A stretch of DNA of 64,000 bases from Leptonemataceae bacterium (GTDB lineage: Bacteria > Spirochaetota > Leptospiria > Leptospirales > Leptonemataceae): NCBI GenBank assembly GCA_965227295.1, contig OZ245742.1, positions 768,001 through 832,000 on the forward strand. Direction: 5' to 3'. Position 1 is the first letter of the stretch; every line of letters begins with the position of its first letter. The notes beneath the pieces were generated by a model. It saw only the letters and a list, made by a program, of their open reading frames with translations. It did not search any database and was not told the DNA's origin. Of the stretch, positions 1 through 9,937 are shown one piece after another. The translations under genes and the position numbers were made by a program.

Positions 1-156
1 GTCGGTCGGTGATTGTAGTTGCAAACGTAGATTGCGTATTGCATACTTGCTGAAATGTGCTCAACAGGCACGCCGAAATATCTGCTGCAATGGCAGCGTT
101 TCGGATGAGATCAGAGGATCTTTAACAGGCACGCAGTGATAGTCTGAACGGACTCA

Positions 157-2667
157 TTGCGGCGAGATAGGTTGGCAGAGCTTAGTCTCTGCCGAAGCGA
201 TATGCTGAATTCCGCACACGTGTGCGGAATTCGCGCTCCGGACTACGGGGCCGTTCGGTTCGTTGCAACTAACGTTGGATTCGCGAGCGTTAGGGATGCG
301 GAGGGTCGCGAAGCGAGTCTTCGCGCAGCGAAGACCGAAGCCGAAGGCGGAGCCCGTAGCAGCCCGACGGCCGGCGCCTGGGCCTGGCGCCGGCCGGAAC
401 GCCCAAGGGAAAAAATCACGGCTCACATCACAGCCGGCGTTACGTTCCAGGAGCACCAGGGCATGGGTGCATACGCCGGTGCGAATGTCGGCTTCGACGG
501 CTTTGGACTCAGTGGTGGATTCAGCTATGATCCGGGCAACGGCCTCGGTGTGAATGCGGGCCTGGATCTTGGCGGCGGCAATGGCCGCTCCGGACTCGGC
601 CTTACGATTTCCGGCAGTCAGCGTGGTGGCACTACGATGGGCCTGTCGTACTCTCGCACGAATGCAACGGGAACGCAGAGTGGCAGCCTGGGTATCTTTC
701 ACAATAACTTAGCGGGAGTGGGACTTAACGCGAGCGTGACCGGTTACGGACGTCAGTACGGGGACGGTTCGCGCTTTGGCGCGACGAGCGGATTGACGCA
801 CTGGATAGAATCGGGCGCGACTTCGGCGGACATCGGCCTGCTTTACAAACCGCCGGAACTGGTGGGCGAAGCGAGCAATCCAGGCGATCCCGTGGACACT
901 CCGCGCGAGAAGGGCCTTCTCGATATTCTGCTTGCGAGCAGTGAAGCCACACGGCGGCGCATGGAAGGCGCGTGGAACAATCTTTTCGGCAGCGGTGCTC
1001 AAACCAGTGCGACGGGTCTTGCTTCGAGTAGCGCCGCCGCTGCCGCTGCAGATGCGGTGGCCGCGGATCAGAAGAAAAACATTACGCAAAACGACGCCAC
1101 GGACTGGTTGTTCGCAGCATTGCAGGCGAGTGGTCTGATTGAAGGCACAAACGCGGAGCGCGAAGCGATCGGCGAGATGATGTACAAAGATGCGAACGAC
1201 AAAGGTTTCGTGTCCGCCGCGGATATGCAACAGGTGTTGCTCGATGCGAACGGCGGCGACCCGCTGAATATTCCGGAAGGCGCTCTCGAAGCGGCTTACG
1301 TTGCAGAGATGCAACGTTACGAGGGTGTGCTCAAAGCGCGTCGCGAGAAGTTCGACGGCCTGTCGCAGAAGCTCTTCGGCATGAGCATCGATGAACTGCA
1401 ATCCGCGCAGCCGGGTGACTTTGCCGGCGAGACGTTGCTTGTGCGTGATGTGTTGATCCAGCAGGGCGTGGGTGCGTATGATTCAATGGCCGGCACGAAT
1501 CACAGTGCGAACTTGCAGAACGCTTATAACCAGGCGGGTTTGATCGGTTATGATCGCGTAACGACGCAGGCGTATAACTCGGCCGCGGCCGGGTTGAGCA
1601 ATAGCGCGAGCAATGCGTATCAGTTCTTTGCGGACAACGGTCTGGATTCCGTGCCGCTGCTGCACGCAATGGCCGCACGGGGCGCCGGCGAGTTCGCTTA
1701 CAATGCCGGTTCACAGATGGTAACTGATACTCAGAAGTACTTTGCGAATATGGGCACGGCCTACAGCGGCATGAGCGGCTGGCAGGCCGCCACCTCAACA
1801 GTAGCCGGCGTGAACCAGTGGGCTTACAATACGTCCATGGAAATGGTCATCGCCGGTATGACCGGTGTGTTTATGCCGCTTACGTTGATGGGTCTGAAGA
1901 TGGGCAACGTGAACTTCTTCGATGCGATGGGCGGCCGTGATGCCTTCAAGCGGGACTTCGTGGGACCGATGTCCGCGGAACAGGATGCGTACTGGAATAC
2001 GTGGAGCGACGGTACGGATGCGGCGACGGAGTTCGGCGCGGATCTGTTCGCCGGTGGCGGTGGTGTTGCGAAGAGTGGGGGGAAGAATGCGCTCAGTCGG
2101 ATTGTGAATCGGGTTTCGTCGCAGGCGAAAGGCATGTTCCGTTCCTCTGGCTGGAATAAAGCAGTCGCAGATCTTGCAGATGATATCTGGGACGCAGGAC
2201 GACTATCGGGAATCGATGGGCGGCCTGTTAGAGATGTCGGCGCCCACCCACTAGCTGGATGGACACCACAACAAATTGTGGCCCATGTGAAGGCTCTAGG
2301 ACTCAAAATTCCGCGTGATTCAACAGTTCTGTGGTCTGGTCTGGGCCGAGGCGGCGTTGCTCGATCGCAGGCATATGCGAAAGCCAACGGTGGCATGACT
2401 TTAGAAATGACTCCCGGAGGCCAGTGGCTTGACAGCATGGATCTCTTTGGAAAAAACTCGCCAATGACACCAGCCGAAGCAATCAAAGTTTGGGCCGAGG
2501 TCTCTCGCTCAATGGCTAATCAAGCCAGCGGTCATGTGAGAGCGGTGCTGGGGAGTATCCGACCAACCAGCGTTTATCGCAATATTGAGCTCCCGGAACT
2601 GGCAGCGAATCCCAATGTTATCGGCATAGAGGAAATTTTTCTTAAGCCTAAAATAGGATTAAAATAG
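157..2667 (+). CDS. Polymorphic toxin, probably a 5'-truncated/orphan C-terminal module; Gly-rich repeats plus C-terminal ADP-ribosyl cyclase-like (Tox-ARC) domain
   Basis: Gly-rich repeats from about nt 420; C-terminus has LWSG, TLEMT, W-x3-S-x2-MA-x2-ASG-x-V and S-x4-IELP motifs resembling CD38/ARC NADases. The first ~85 codons cross a dispersed repeat, so the true start is uncertain (about 410-463). Confidence 0.7.
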   Translation: MRRDRLAELSLCRSDMLNSAHVCGIRAPDYGAVRFVATNVGFASVRDAEGREASLRAAKTEAEGGARSSPTAGAWAWRRPERPREKITAHITAGVTFQEHQGMGAYAGANVGFDGFGLSGGFSYDPGNGLGVNAGLDLGGGNGRSGLGLTISGSQRGGTTMGLSYSRTNATGTQSGSLGIFHNNLAGVGLNASVTGYGRQYGDGSRFGATSGLTHWIESGATSADIGLLYKPPELVGEASNPGDPVDTPREKGLLDILLASSEATRRRMEGAWNNLFGSGAQTSATGLASSSAAAAAADAVAADQKKNITQNDATDWLFAALQASGLIEGTNAEREAIGEMMYKDANDKGFVSAADMQQVLLDANGGDPLNIPEGALEAAYVAEMQRYEGVLKARREKFDGLSQKLFGMSIDELQSAQPGDFAGETLLVRDVLIQQGVGAYDSMAGTNHSANLQNAYNQAGLIGYDRVTTQAYNSAAAGLSNSASNAYQFFADNGLDSVPLLHAMAARGAGEFAYNAGSQMVTDTQKYFANMGTAYSGMSGWQAATSTVAGVNQWAYNTSMEMVIAGMTGVFMPLTLMGLKMGNVNFFDAMGGRDAFKRDFVGPMSAEQDAYWNTWSDGTDAATEFGADLFAGGGGVAKSGGKNALSRIVNRVSSQAKGMFRSSGWNKAVADLADDIWDAGRLSGIDGRPVRDVGAHPLAGWTPQQIVAHVKALGLKIPRDSTVLWSGLGRGGVARSQAYAKANGGMTLEMTPGGQWLDSMDLFGKNSPMTPAEAIKVWAEVSRSMANQASGHVRAVLGSIRPTSVYRNIELPELAANPNVIGIEEIFLKPKIGLK
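287..406 (+). repeat. Multi-hairpin dispersed repeat, copy 1
   Basis: Conserved linkers AGGGATGCGGAGGG, GCGGAGCCCG and ACGCCCAA around variable hairpins; related copies at 9585, 9706, 27097, 29257. Confidence 0.8.
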
Positions 2668-2676
2668 CAGCGAGGT

Positions 2677-2973
2677 TTGAACATGTTCAAGCGACTTAAT
2701 AATCAAGGAGTACGGAGTGAGAGAGGATTCATTGTTCAAGTTAAAGATCGCTTCACAGTCGAATACAGTGAAGGATCGCGCAGGATGGATATAGAGGTTG
2801 AATTCGGCATTTTGGCAAACGGCAATCCTTGTGTGAACATCGATCGCTCTGCCACGTCCAGATGGAACGGACACAGCACGGACATACCAATAAGTGAACA
2901 AGATCGAATCAGGGAGAATTTTATAGATGCAATGAAGTACATGGATCTAACAACCGTAGTCTATGGTAACTGA
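2677..2973 (+). CDS. Putative cognate immunity protein (Imm74-like)
   Basis: Small ORF 9 nt after the toxin stop, lower GC; the family label is by recall of Tox-ARC/Imm74 pairing. Confidence 0.6.
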   Translation: MNMFKRLNNQGVRSERGFIVQVKDRFTVEYSEGSRRMDIEVEFGILANGNPCVNIDRSATSRWNGHSTDIPISEQDRIRENFIDAMKYMDLTTVVYGN

Positions 2974-3149
2974 AACGAAAATCAAGCACATTTGCCTGTC
3001 TATGACTCGCCAGACAAGCCTTTCGCTCTCTGCAAACATTCGCTTAACTTCCCCGCCAAGGAGAATCTTACAGTAGTTTTGGAATTTTAGTATATTACTA
3101 TTGTTTAATACGAAAATTGACTCGCTACCCTTTCATTGAATCAAACCTG

Positions 3150-3740
3150 CTACTCGTTTCCACAATCCAGCCTCTTCTCCAGAACAACGAACGCTTCCGC
3201 CTGATGCAAATTTTCAAAGATCCAACCAAGCAGTGACTCCAAATCAAGCTTATCGGGGCCTGAATGCCGCCCGTGATTGCCTTGCGAAACGTAAAGGCCG
3301 TCACCACGTTTCGTGACAAAGCAATACAGACCGGCTTCGTCAACGAACGTACTACCTGATCGAAACTTGAAGAAACTCAGTTCCCAGCCAGAGGGCATGC
3401 ATTGGAGCACAGTCCGGACTGCTTCCCTTGTAAGGCTCGCCGGCAGTAGATGAATTCGTTCAACGCTCTCATAGTGCCTTACGTGGGGTAGAGCGGACTC
3501 AGGTATCCACTCAGGCAATGCGGTGCGCTCCATTCTATTTTTAGTAAGGATGAAACCATCAAAGCGCAAGTAAGTTATTGAAGACTGGCTGCAAACTCGT
3601 GCAATACTCTTCTCGCACGCACCCGGCGGCAGACCACCAACAGGAGGACAAACAACGCCAAAAACCGCCATCCGCAGGACATATCCTGCCTGCGAATTCC
3701 ACAAAATCACTGGCGCCCTTAACGGTAGTCCTGATTCCAT
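3150..3740 (-). CDS. Hypothetical protein; start may be at MERTALPEW (about 3533)
   Basis: 196-aa ORF in the lower-GC island. Confidence 0.4.
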   Translation of the reverse strand: MESGLPLRAPVILWNSQAGYVLRMAVFGVVCPPVGGLPPGACEKSIARVCSQSSITYLRFDGFILTKNRMERTALPEWIPESALPHVRHYESVERIHLLPASLTREAVRTVLQCMPSGWELSFFKFRSGSTFVDEAGLYCFVTKRGDGLYVSQGNHGRHSGPDKLDLESLLGWIFENLHQAEAFVVLEKRLDCGNE

Positions 3741-3747
3741 TCATCGA

Positions 3748-4026
3748 ATGCCCTTTGGAAGCCGGATTACATACCACAACTCCAGTCGGCCAGTGCAAAC
3801 CGGCGATCGCGTGCGTATCAGGCGCCGCCTGCTACCGGATTTATTTTGCGAAGTCACGCATGTATATGATCCCGGCCTGCCATCGTTAATGAAAGGCGAA
3901 AATGAATTCGGCTTTACGCTCAAGCTACCGAACGGCACATACAGATGGTATGGATCTCAGCCTCCGAAAGAAGTGATTCTTATGGAAAAGCCCGGCTTAT
4001 TCGCCTCCAATCGAGCATCGCCATAA
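3748..4026 (+). CDS. Hypothetical small protein
   Basis: 92-aa ORF with protein-like composition. Confidence 0.5.
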   Translation: MPFGSRITYHNSSRPVQTGDRVRIRRRLLPDLFCEVTHVYDPGLPSLMKGENEFGFTLKLPNGTYRWYGSQPPKEVILMEKPGLFASNRASP

Positions 4027-4052
4027 TTGATCCTTCGTACTGATCGTAAGAA

Positions 4053-4385
4053 ATGCAATCTTCCGAGAATCCTCAGAATCTCACTCCGCAACTCGCCACC
4101 CTTCGCGCCCATCTTGTATTCATCCGAAGTATAATGATAACGGAATCCGAAACGAACTGGATTCCGGGCATTGAAACACTTCTCGGAGAGATCGATGCAG
4201 TCGGTGTTGAGCTCACCGATAAAGAGGCGCTCAATAATTTAAAAGATACTTACGCTGCAATGACCCGTGGAAAAGAGAGTTTCGCGGAATTCTTTCTCTG
4301 GAGCGAGGACTTTGAGGAACGCAAGGCACTGAATGAAGTCCTGGAGTATCATGTGGGCTATCTCAATCGAATACTCAAAAGGTGA
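4053..4385 (+). CDS. Hypothetical helical protein, possible orphan immunity protein
   Basis: 110-aa acidic ORF downstream of the toxin-immunity pair. Confidence 0.55.
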   Translation: MQSSENPQNLTPQLATLRAHLVFIRSIMITESETNWIPGIETLLGEIDAVGVELTDKEALNNLKDTYAAMTRGKESFAEFFLWSEDFEERKALNEVLEYHVGYLNRILKR

Positions 4386-4822
4386 CGCCTTTGCTGCAAT
4401 CTCAAGGGTCCCCTCCCCCTCCCATCACCCGCTCCGGTCGCATCCTTGTCTCGCCCGGATTCACCATCGGCCCGGAACTCACGCGCACACTCTTCCTGCA
4501 AGTCATGCCCCAGGCTGAACCTTTCGTGATCAACGGCAAGCATCACAGTTACAAGATCGAACTACGATGGCAGCAACCGTATATCGGCGTCCTGTTCTTC
4601 ACGGAAGAGAAGCTGAAGTTCATCACGCTCGGTCCGGACCTGGCGGACGAAGAACTGAGCTACGAATCTGCCATGCGCGAACGCGCCATCAATGATCGCA
4701 TGCTGAACGAGTGGTTCGGCAAACGCAACTGGCATCGCTCGCGTCGATATCGCTGGGGACGCATCGTCTCGTCCTTCGACCCCCGCAGCCTCCAATCATC
4801 CATCATCCTCACGTACCGCTAA
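4382..4822 (+). CDS. Hypothetical protein, possible orphan immunity protein
   Basis: GTGA overlap with the previous stop; ends YRWGRIVSSFDPRSLQSSIILTY. Confidence 0.55.
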   Translation: MTPLLQSQGSPPPPITRSGRILVSPGFTIGPELTRTLFLQVMPQAEPFVINGKHHSYKIELRWQQPYIGVLFFTEEKLKFITLGPDLADEELSYESAMRERAINDRMLNEWFGKRNWHRSRRYRWGRIVSSFDPRSLQSSIILTYR

Positions 4823-4864
4823 AAAACCACTTCCCGTACCACTCCCCCCTGCCCAACATAACCC

Positions 4865-5680
4865 ATGCGCCCGCTCGCCATCCAGCGCACCCGACACATA
4901 CGCAACATCCTGCGCGCCAGTGTCGCGGCGCTCTTCGTATACCACGGCCTCGGCGGCGGCGCCTACGGATTCGCGGGGGCCGGGCCGTACACGCACATCG
5001 GCATCACCACGGAAGCGCTGGATCGCTACGCCGTGGAGTCCGGGAACAGTGTCGCGCTCTACTGCGCGGAAATCTTACTCCAGGCGTCGGTGGTCTCGGA
5101 CAACGCGAACAACATGCCGCAGTTCACCTATCACTGCGACAACAACGACCTGGCCGGCTGTTCGTATCGCCTGGATCAATTCAAGGGCGAGGCGAACAAG
5201 GCCACGAGCCGTGAGGAAAGTCTCATCAAGATGGGACAGGCCCTGCACATCGTGCAGGATTTCTACTCGCATTCGAACTGGGTGGAGATCTTCGGCTTTA
5301 CGATGATCCGGGCGCCCCTCGAACAATTCAAGGACCTGCGCCCGCCGCCGGACATCCAGTCCGGGAACTTTCCGGACATCTTCCCCGACTTCCAGGCGCA
5401 GTTCGCGTGTTACCTGGTGCCCGAGGAACAGTGGGGCACCTACATCTACGGGGCCACCCACGGCTGCATGAACAAGGACTCCAACCAGACCTTTCGCGGC
5501 GGGCGAATCTATCCCAACAGCGGCCTCACCTATCACCAGCTCGCCGGCATGTACGCCGTGAATCACAGCGTGGAGTTACTCAAGTACTACGGGCGCAAGA
5601 ACCCCTGGTTCAAAACGTGCTTTTTGCCGCGCTCCCTCACCGGCGGCTGCAACAAACGAGTGCTTGACTGGGTACACTAA
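4865..5680 (+). CDS. Secreted HET-C/VWA7-like Zn-dependent phospholipase C/nuclease-fold protein
   Basis: Signal-like N-terminus; TH-x2-IT, HCDN and LHIVQDFYSHSNWVE motifs. Confidence 0.65.
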   Translation: MRPLAIQRTRHIRNILRASVAALFVYHGLGGGAYGFAGAGPYTHIGITTEALDRYAVESGNSVALYCAEILLQASVVSDNANNMPQFTYHCDNNDLAGCSYRLDQFKGEANKATSREESLIKMGQALHIVQDFYSHSNWVEIFGFTMIRAPLEQFKDLRPPPDIQSGNFPDIFPDFQAQFACYLVPEEQWGTYIYGATHGCMNKDSNQTFRGGRIYPNSGLTYHQLAGMYAVNHSVELLKYYGRKNPWFKTCFLPRSLTGGCNKRVLDWVH

Positions 5681-5701
5681 GCCGTCAGCCTGAGCCCTCC
5701 C

Positions 5702-7288
5702 ATGCCCGATTTTCTCGCCGCCCGCCGTCGCGAAATCCTCCTCGTCGTCGCTGTTGCCTTTGCGTTCTTCGCGGGCATCGGTGACCTTCCCCTCTTCGAT
5801 TGGGACGAGGGCGCCTTTTCCGAGGCCAGCCGGGAAATGCTCGTCAGCGATCCGCCGGATTGGACCACCGCGTACATGAACGGCGACCTGCGCTTCGCCA
5901 AACCCATTCTCATCTACTGGCTGCAGGCCCCGTCCATGGCTCTCTTCGGCGTGAACGAATTTGCCGCCCGCCTGCCCTCGGCCCTGGCCGCGGCTTTGTG
6001 GGCCCTGGCCCTCTACAGCTTCACCCGGCGCATCTTCGACGCCGGGATCGCGTTCTACGCCACGTTCTTTTTCGCCACCGCGCTGCAAATCGGCGTCATC
6101 GCCCGCGCCGCCATCTCCGACGCGGTGCTGAACCTGTTCATCGCCTGCGCCATGTTCAGCGTCTTTCTGTACTGGGAGTCCCGGCAGCGCCGCTGGATCT
6201 ACGCGGCCTTCGCCGCCATCGGCTTCGGCACGCTGACCAAGGGCCCCATCGCCATCATGATCCCGGGCTTCGCCTCGTTCGTGCTCTTCTTAACCTTCGG
6301 CGAGTTTAAGTTATGGTTGCGCACGTTGCTCAATCCCATCGGCATCGTCATCTTTTTGCTGATCACCGCGCCCTGGTACATCGTCCACTACCTGGAACAC
6401 CAGGATAAGTTCATCGACTCGTTCTTCTTAACACACAACATCGGCCGTTTTACCGGCGCCATGGAAGGCCACGGCGGCCCCGTCTTCTACTACATCCCGG
6501 TCATGTTACTCGGTTTTCTGCCGTTCACCAGCGTGCTGGTGCGTGCTTTCGAACGACTGCGCTCCGAGTGGCGAGACGATCATAACGTCTTCTTCCTGGC
6601 CTGGTTCGGTTTCGTCTTCGTCTTCTTTTCCCTCGCGGCCACCAAGCTGCCGCACTACGTCATCTACGGTTACACCCCGCTGTTCATCCTCATGGCGTTG
6701 TATCTGCCCAACGTAAAAAGCAACGCCTGGCTGTTCGGGCCGCCCCTCGCGCTCTGCCTGCTGTTCGCTCTTTTGCCGCAGTGGATCAGCCTGGCGCACA
6801 CCTACGTGCAGGACGACTTCGCCCGCATCATCCTCGCGGAGGCGCGGCCGTTTTTTACCGGTTGGTTCGTCTACGCCTTCTTCGGCTCCGCACTCATCTA
6901 CGCCGCCCTCATGTTCGTGCCGGCGGGCATGCTGGCCCGGGAGTGGCGCATCGTCATCGCGGGTTTTTTGCTCTCCGCACTCATGACCTTCGTCGCCTTC
7001 CCCACGTATGCGCAGGTCACGCAGGTGCCGGTGAAAGAGGCGGCGCAACTGGCAAAAAAAGAAGATTGGCCGGTCGTGCAGTGGCGCTTTCATTGGCCCA
7101 GCTTCGTGTTTTATCTTGAGAAGATCGTGCCGCAAAAAATACCGCAGCCCGGCGAAATCATCCTGGTAAAAGAAACGGAGCTGGAGTATTTCCGCGAGTA
7201 CGAGGTGCTCTATCGCAAGCGCGGCGTGGTGTTGATTCGCCTGCTGCGCATGGAGCAGTTGGACTACGCGCGCATGTTGTTGAACTAG
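5702..7288 (+). CDS. ArnT/PMT-family (GT-C) glycosyltransferase
   Basis: DWDEGAF, RFAKPILIYW, LTKGP and TKLPHY motifs; many TM helices. Confidence 0.9.
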   Translation: MPDFLAARRREILLVVAVAFAFFAGIGDLPLFDWDEGAFSEASREMLVSDPPDWTTAYMNGDLRFAKPILIYWLQAPSMALFGVNEFAARLPSALAAALWALALYSFTRRIFDAGIAFYATFFFATALQIGVIARAAISDAVLNLFIACAMFSVFLYWESRQRRWIYAAFAAIGFGTLTKGPIAIMIPGFASFVLFLTFGEFKLWLRTLLNPIGIVIFLLITAPWYIVHYLEHQDKFIDSFFLTHNIGRFTGAMEGHGGPVFYYIPVMLLGFLPFTSVLVRAFERLRSEWRDDHNVFFLAWFGFVFVFFSLAATKLPHYVIYGYTPLFILMALYLPNVKSNAWLFGPPLALCLLFALLPQWISLAHTYVQDDFARIILAEARPFFTGWFVYAFFGSALIYAALMFVPAGMLAREWRIVIAGFLLSALMTFVAFPTYAQVTQVPVKEAAQLAKKEDWPVVQWRFHWPSFVFYLEKIVPQKIPQPGEIILVKETELEYFREYEVLYRKRGVVLIRLLRMEQLDYARMLLN

Positions 7289-7289
7289 T

Positions 7290-8270
7290 ATGGCCAGAAA
7301 GCAGACAACCCAACGCGGCGGCGGCAAATCAAAGGCGCCGCAGTTCTCGTTCGTCATCCCCGTATACAACGAAGAAGAGAGCCTGCCCGAACTCTACGAA
7401 CGCATCGTCGAGAAAATGAAGGCCATGCGCTCCACGTACGAGTTCGTCTTCGTCGACGACGGCTCCACCGACGGTTCGTACGACGTCCTCACATCGTTGC
7501 ACAAACGCGACAGCAAGAACGTGCGCGTGATTCGTTTTCGCCGCAACTTCGGCAAGAGCCCCGCGCTGCGTGCCGCCTTCGAACTGGCGCGCGGCGAGTA
7601 CGTCTTTACCATGGACGCCGATCTGCAAGACGACCCCATGGAAATCCCGGCGTTCTTTCTCAAGATCAACGAGGGCGTCGGCTACGATCTGGTGAGCGGC
7701 TGGAAACGCAAACGGAACGATCCCTGGCACAAAACGTTTCCGTCGCGCATCTTCAACGGCACCATCTCCCGGCTCTTCAGCCTGGACCTGCACGATTTCA
7801 ATTGCGGCTTCAAGTTGTATCGTCGCGACGTCGTCAAGGACCTGGATATCTACGGCGAAATGCATCGTTTTCTTCCGGTCCTCGCCCACGCCCGCGGCTT
7901 TCGCGTCACCGAAATTCCGGTGCATCACAATCCGCGGCGCTTCGGCGTTTCGAAATTCGGCTGGCGTCGCTTCTATCGCGGCTTCTTCGACGCCCTCACG
8001 GTTCTCCTGCTTACAAAGTATCTCAAACGCCCGCTGCATTTCTTCGGCGGCGTCGGCATCCTCATGGGCCTGGCCGGCGGCGCCATCATGGCGTATCTCC
8101 TGGTCGAGAAAATCATCGGCCACGACATCGGCGGCCGGCCGTTGTTCATGACGGGCATCCTGCTGTGTCTCGGCGCATTGCAAACGCTGACGATCGGACT
8201 CATCGGCGAACTGTTGATCAATCGCAGCAGCAAACCCGACGACTCCTACAGCATCGAGTCGATACTTTGA
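7290..8270 (+). CDS. GT2 polyprenol-phosphate glycosyltransferase (ArnC/GtrB-like)
   Basis: VIPVYNEE, VDDGSTD, RNFGK and MDADLQDDP motifs; two C-terminal TM helices. Confidence 0.92.
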   Translation: MARKQTTQRGGGKSKAPQFSFVIPVYNEEESLPELYERIVEKMKAMRSTYEFVFVDDGSTDGSYDVLTSLHKRDSKNVRVIRFRRNFGKSPALRAAFELARGEYVFTMDADLQDDPMEIPAFFLKINEGVGYDLVSGWKRKRNDPWHKTFPSRIFNGTISRLFSLDLHDFNCGFKLYRRDVVKDLDIYGEMHRFLPVLAHARGFRVTEIPVHHNPRRFGVSKFGWRRFYRGFFDALTVLLLTKYLKRPLHFFGGVGILMGLAGGAIMAYLLVEKIIGHDIGGRPLFMTGILLCLGALQTLTIGLIGELLINRSSKPDDSYSIESIL

Positions 8271-8343
8271 AATCGTGGCGTTGAGTTACGCGGCGTTTGC
8301 CGTGAAAAACATAAAGTACGTCGCGGAATAGTTAAGGGGTTTG

Positions 8344-8524
8344 TATGGTTACGGCACCTGGAGAGTTGCGGTGAGTCGTTTTGCAAAGAATGTTGGCTTC
8401 GGCCCGGAACGCTGGTTGTGCAACTCAGCGACTGTAAGATGACAGTGACTCCCAAACGTTCCGGGCCGAAGAAACCGTTCGCCACCCCATAACATTCCGC
8501 AACTCTCCAGGTGCCGTACCCATA
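8344..8524. repeat. MITE-like nested inverted-repeat element
   Basis: Perfect 22-bp IR 8350-8371/8497-8518 and perfect inner 15-bp IR 8397-8411/8457-8471. Confidence 0.75.
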
Positions 8525-8597
8525 AAAGTCCTGATTTACATTGGCCGCAACTTATCCCACGATTCGGGGCGGCCGTGAAAGAAACGAAAGATCAGCC

Positions 8598-9524
8598 GTG
8601 AACAAGAACACCGCTATATACATAAAAAACGCGCTCGCGATTCTCTTTTTCGCGGCGGTCGCGTATTTTCTGTACCGCTACATCCAGAACCTGCGCTTCG
8701 ATCGTCTGGCGGAGGCGGAGCTGCATTGGGGCTACCTCGCCCTCGGCCTCGCTCTCGGCGTCGGCCATAAGTTCTTGTTTCCGCAAGTCTGGAAGGCGAT
8801 CCTCACGGGCAGCATGAACGCGCGACTCACCGGCTGGCGGCCGTTGTACTTCGTATACGCCGCGTCCTGGATCGGCCGCTACGTACCCGGCAAGGTCGCC
8901 ATGGTCGGGGCGCGGGTGCTGTACGCGGAGCGCGTGGGTGTGAGCCGATCCCAGGCGGCGGTATCGTTCCTGGTCGAGATGGGCGTGCAGATGCTCGTAT
9001 GGGGCACCGGCGCACTGATCTTTTTCGCGCTAACCGGCGGCGGGGAAATCTTAGAGCGTGAGCTGGGAATCTTCGCGTGGGCGCCGCTGCTGTTCCTGGT
9101 GGCGCTGTATCCGCCGCTGCTCAACTTCGGCCTGCGCCTGTTGTTTCAGCTCATGCGCAAAGAAGCCGTGGACGTCTTCATCGATTTTCCCACGATTCTC
9201 AGCGCCGCCTCGGTGCATCTAACGATCTTTCTGCTCTACGGCCTCTACAACTACAGTCTCGCCCTGGCCATTTTGCCGGCGGACGTTAATATCTCTTTGC
9301 TGTACGTTACGGCCGTCTTCGGCGGTTCGTTGCTCGTGGGCATGCTGGTGATCTTCATGCCCGCCGGTCTGGGCGCCCGGGAGTCCGTGCAACTGGCCCT
9401 GCTCGGCGCAATTATCGATCCCGCCTTCGCCCTCGTGATCGTGGTGCTACACCGGGTCATGGACGTCGGCTCGGACTTGATCTACTTTGCCGTGTGTTTC
9501 ACGGCGGGGCGGAAGAGCGGGTAA
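8598..9524 (+). CDS. Flippase-like membrane protein (lysylphosphatidylglycerol synthase TM/UPF0104)
   Basis: GRYVPGK and PAGLGARE motifs, multi-TM; GTG start at 8598 chosen (ORF open from 8541). Confidence 0.8.
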   Translation: MNKNTAIYIKNALAILFFAAVAYFLYRYIQNLRFDRLAEAELHWGYLALGLALGVGHKFLFPQVWKAILTGSMNARLTGWRPLYFVYAASWIGRYVPGKVAMVGARVLYAERVGVSRSQAAVSFLVEMGVQMLVWGTGALIFFALTGGGEILERELGIFAWAPLLFLVALYPPLLNFGLRLLFQLMRKEAVDVFIDFPTILSAASVHLTIFLLYGLYNYSLALAILPADVNISLLYVTAVFGGSLLVGMLVIFMPAGLGARESVQLALLGAIIDPAFALVIVVLHRVMDVGSDLIYFAVCFTAGRKSG

Positions 9525-9584
9525 GACGGGGCGTGGTTCGTGAGAGCTGAAAAGCCCGTGCAGGTTCGGAGACAGGATTTAGTC

Positions 9585-9686
9585 GGGCGCGTCGGCGCTT
9601 CGCGCCGACCGGGCTCCTCCGGGCTCCGCTATCGCTTCGGTCGCGCTACGCGCGACGGCCTTCGGCCCCCTCCGCATCCCTCGCGC
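9585..9686 (-). repeat. Multi-hairpin dispersed repeat, copy 2
   Basis: Reverse-strand copy with the same linkers; loops GAA, GTA, GAA. Confidence 0.8.
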
Positions 9687-9705
9687 GAAGAGCTGCGATA
9701 CACGA

Positions 9706-9818
9706 GCGTGAGGGACACGCAGGGTGGCGCGCAGCGCCAGTCTCGCGCATGCGCGAGACCGCAGCGCAGCGGAGCCCGGAGTGGCCCGACCCCGCGCACA
9801 GCGCGGGGGCACGCCCAA
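9706..9818 (+). repeat. Multi-hairpin dispersed repeat, copy 3 (divergent from copy 2)
   Basis: GCGTGAGGGA...GCGGAGCCCGGAG...ACGCCCAA. Confidence 0.8.
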
Positions 9819-9937
9819 AAGAATCGACGCGTTTGTAACTTTTGTTCACCGAAACTTACACACCGATTCGGGGCGTCGGCGATCACACAAGATTTTGCTG
9901 GCCCGCCCGCGCAAAGCGCGGCACACTGCCTGAAAAC

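Noticed and set aside
2974-4822. Integron cassette array
   Set aside because: No attC-like sites between the ORFs, mixed orientation and no integrase
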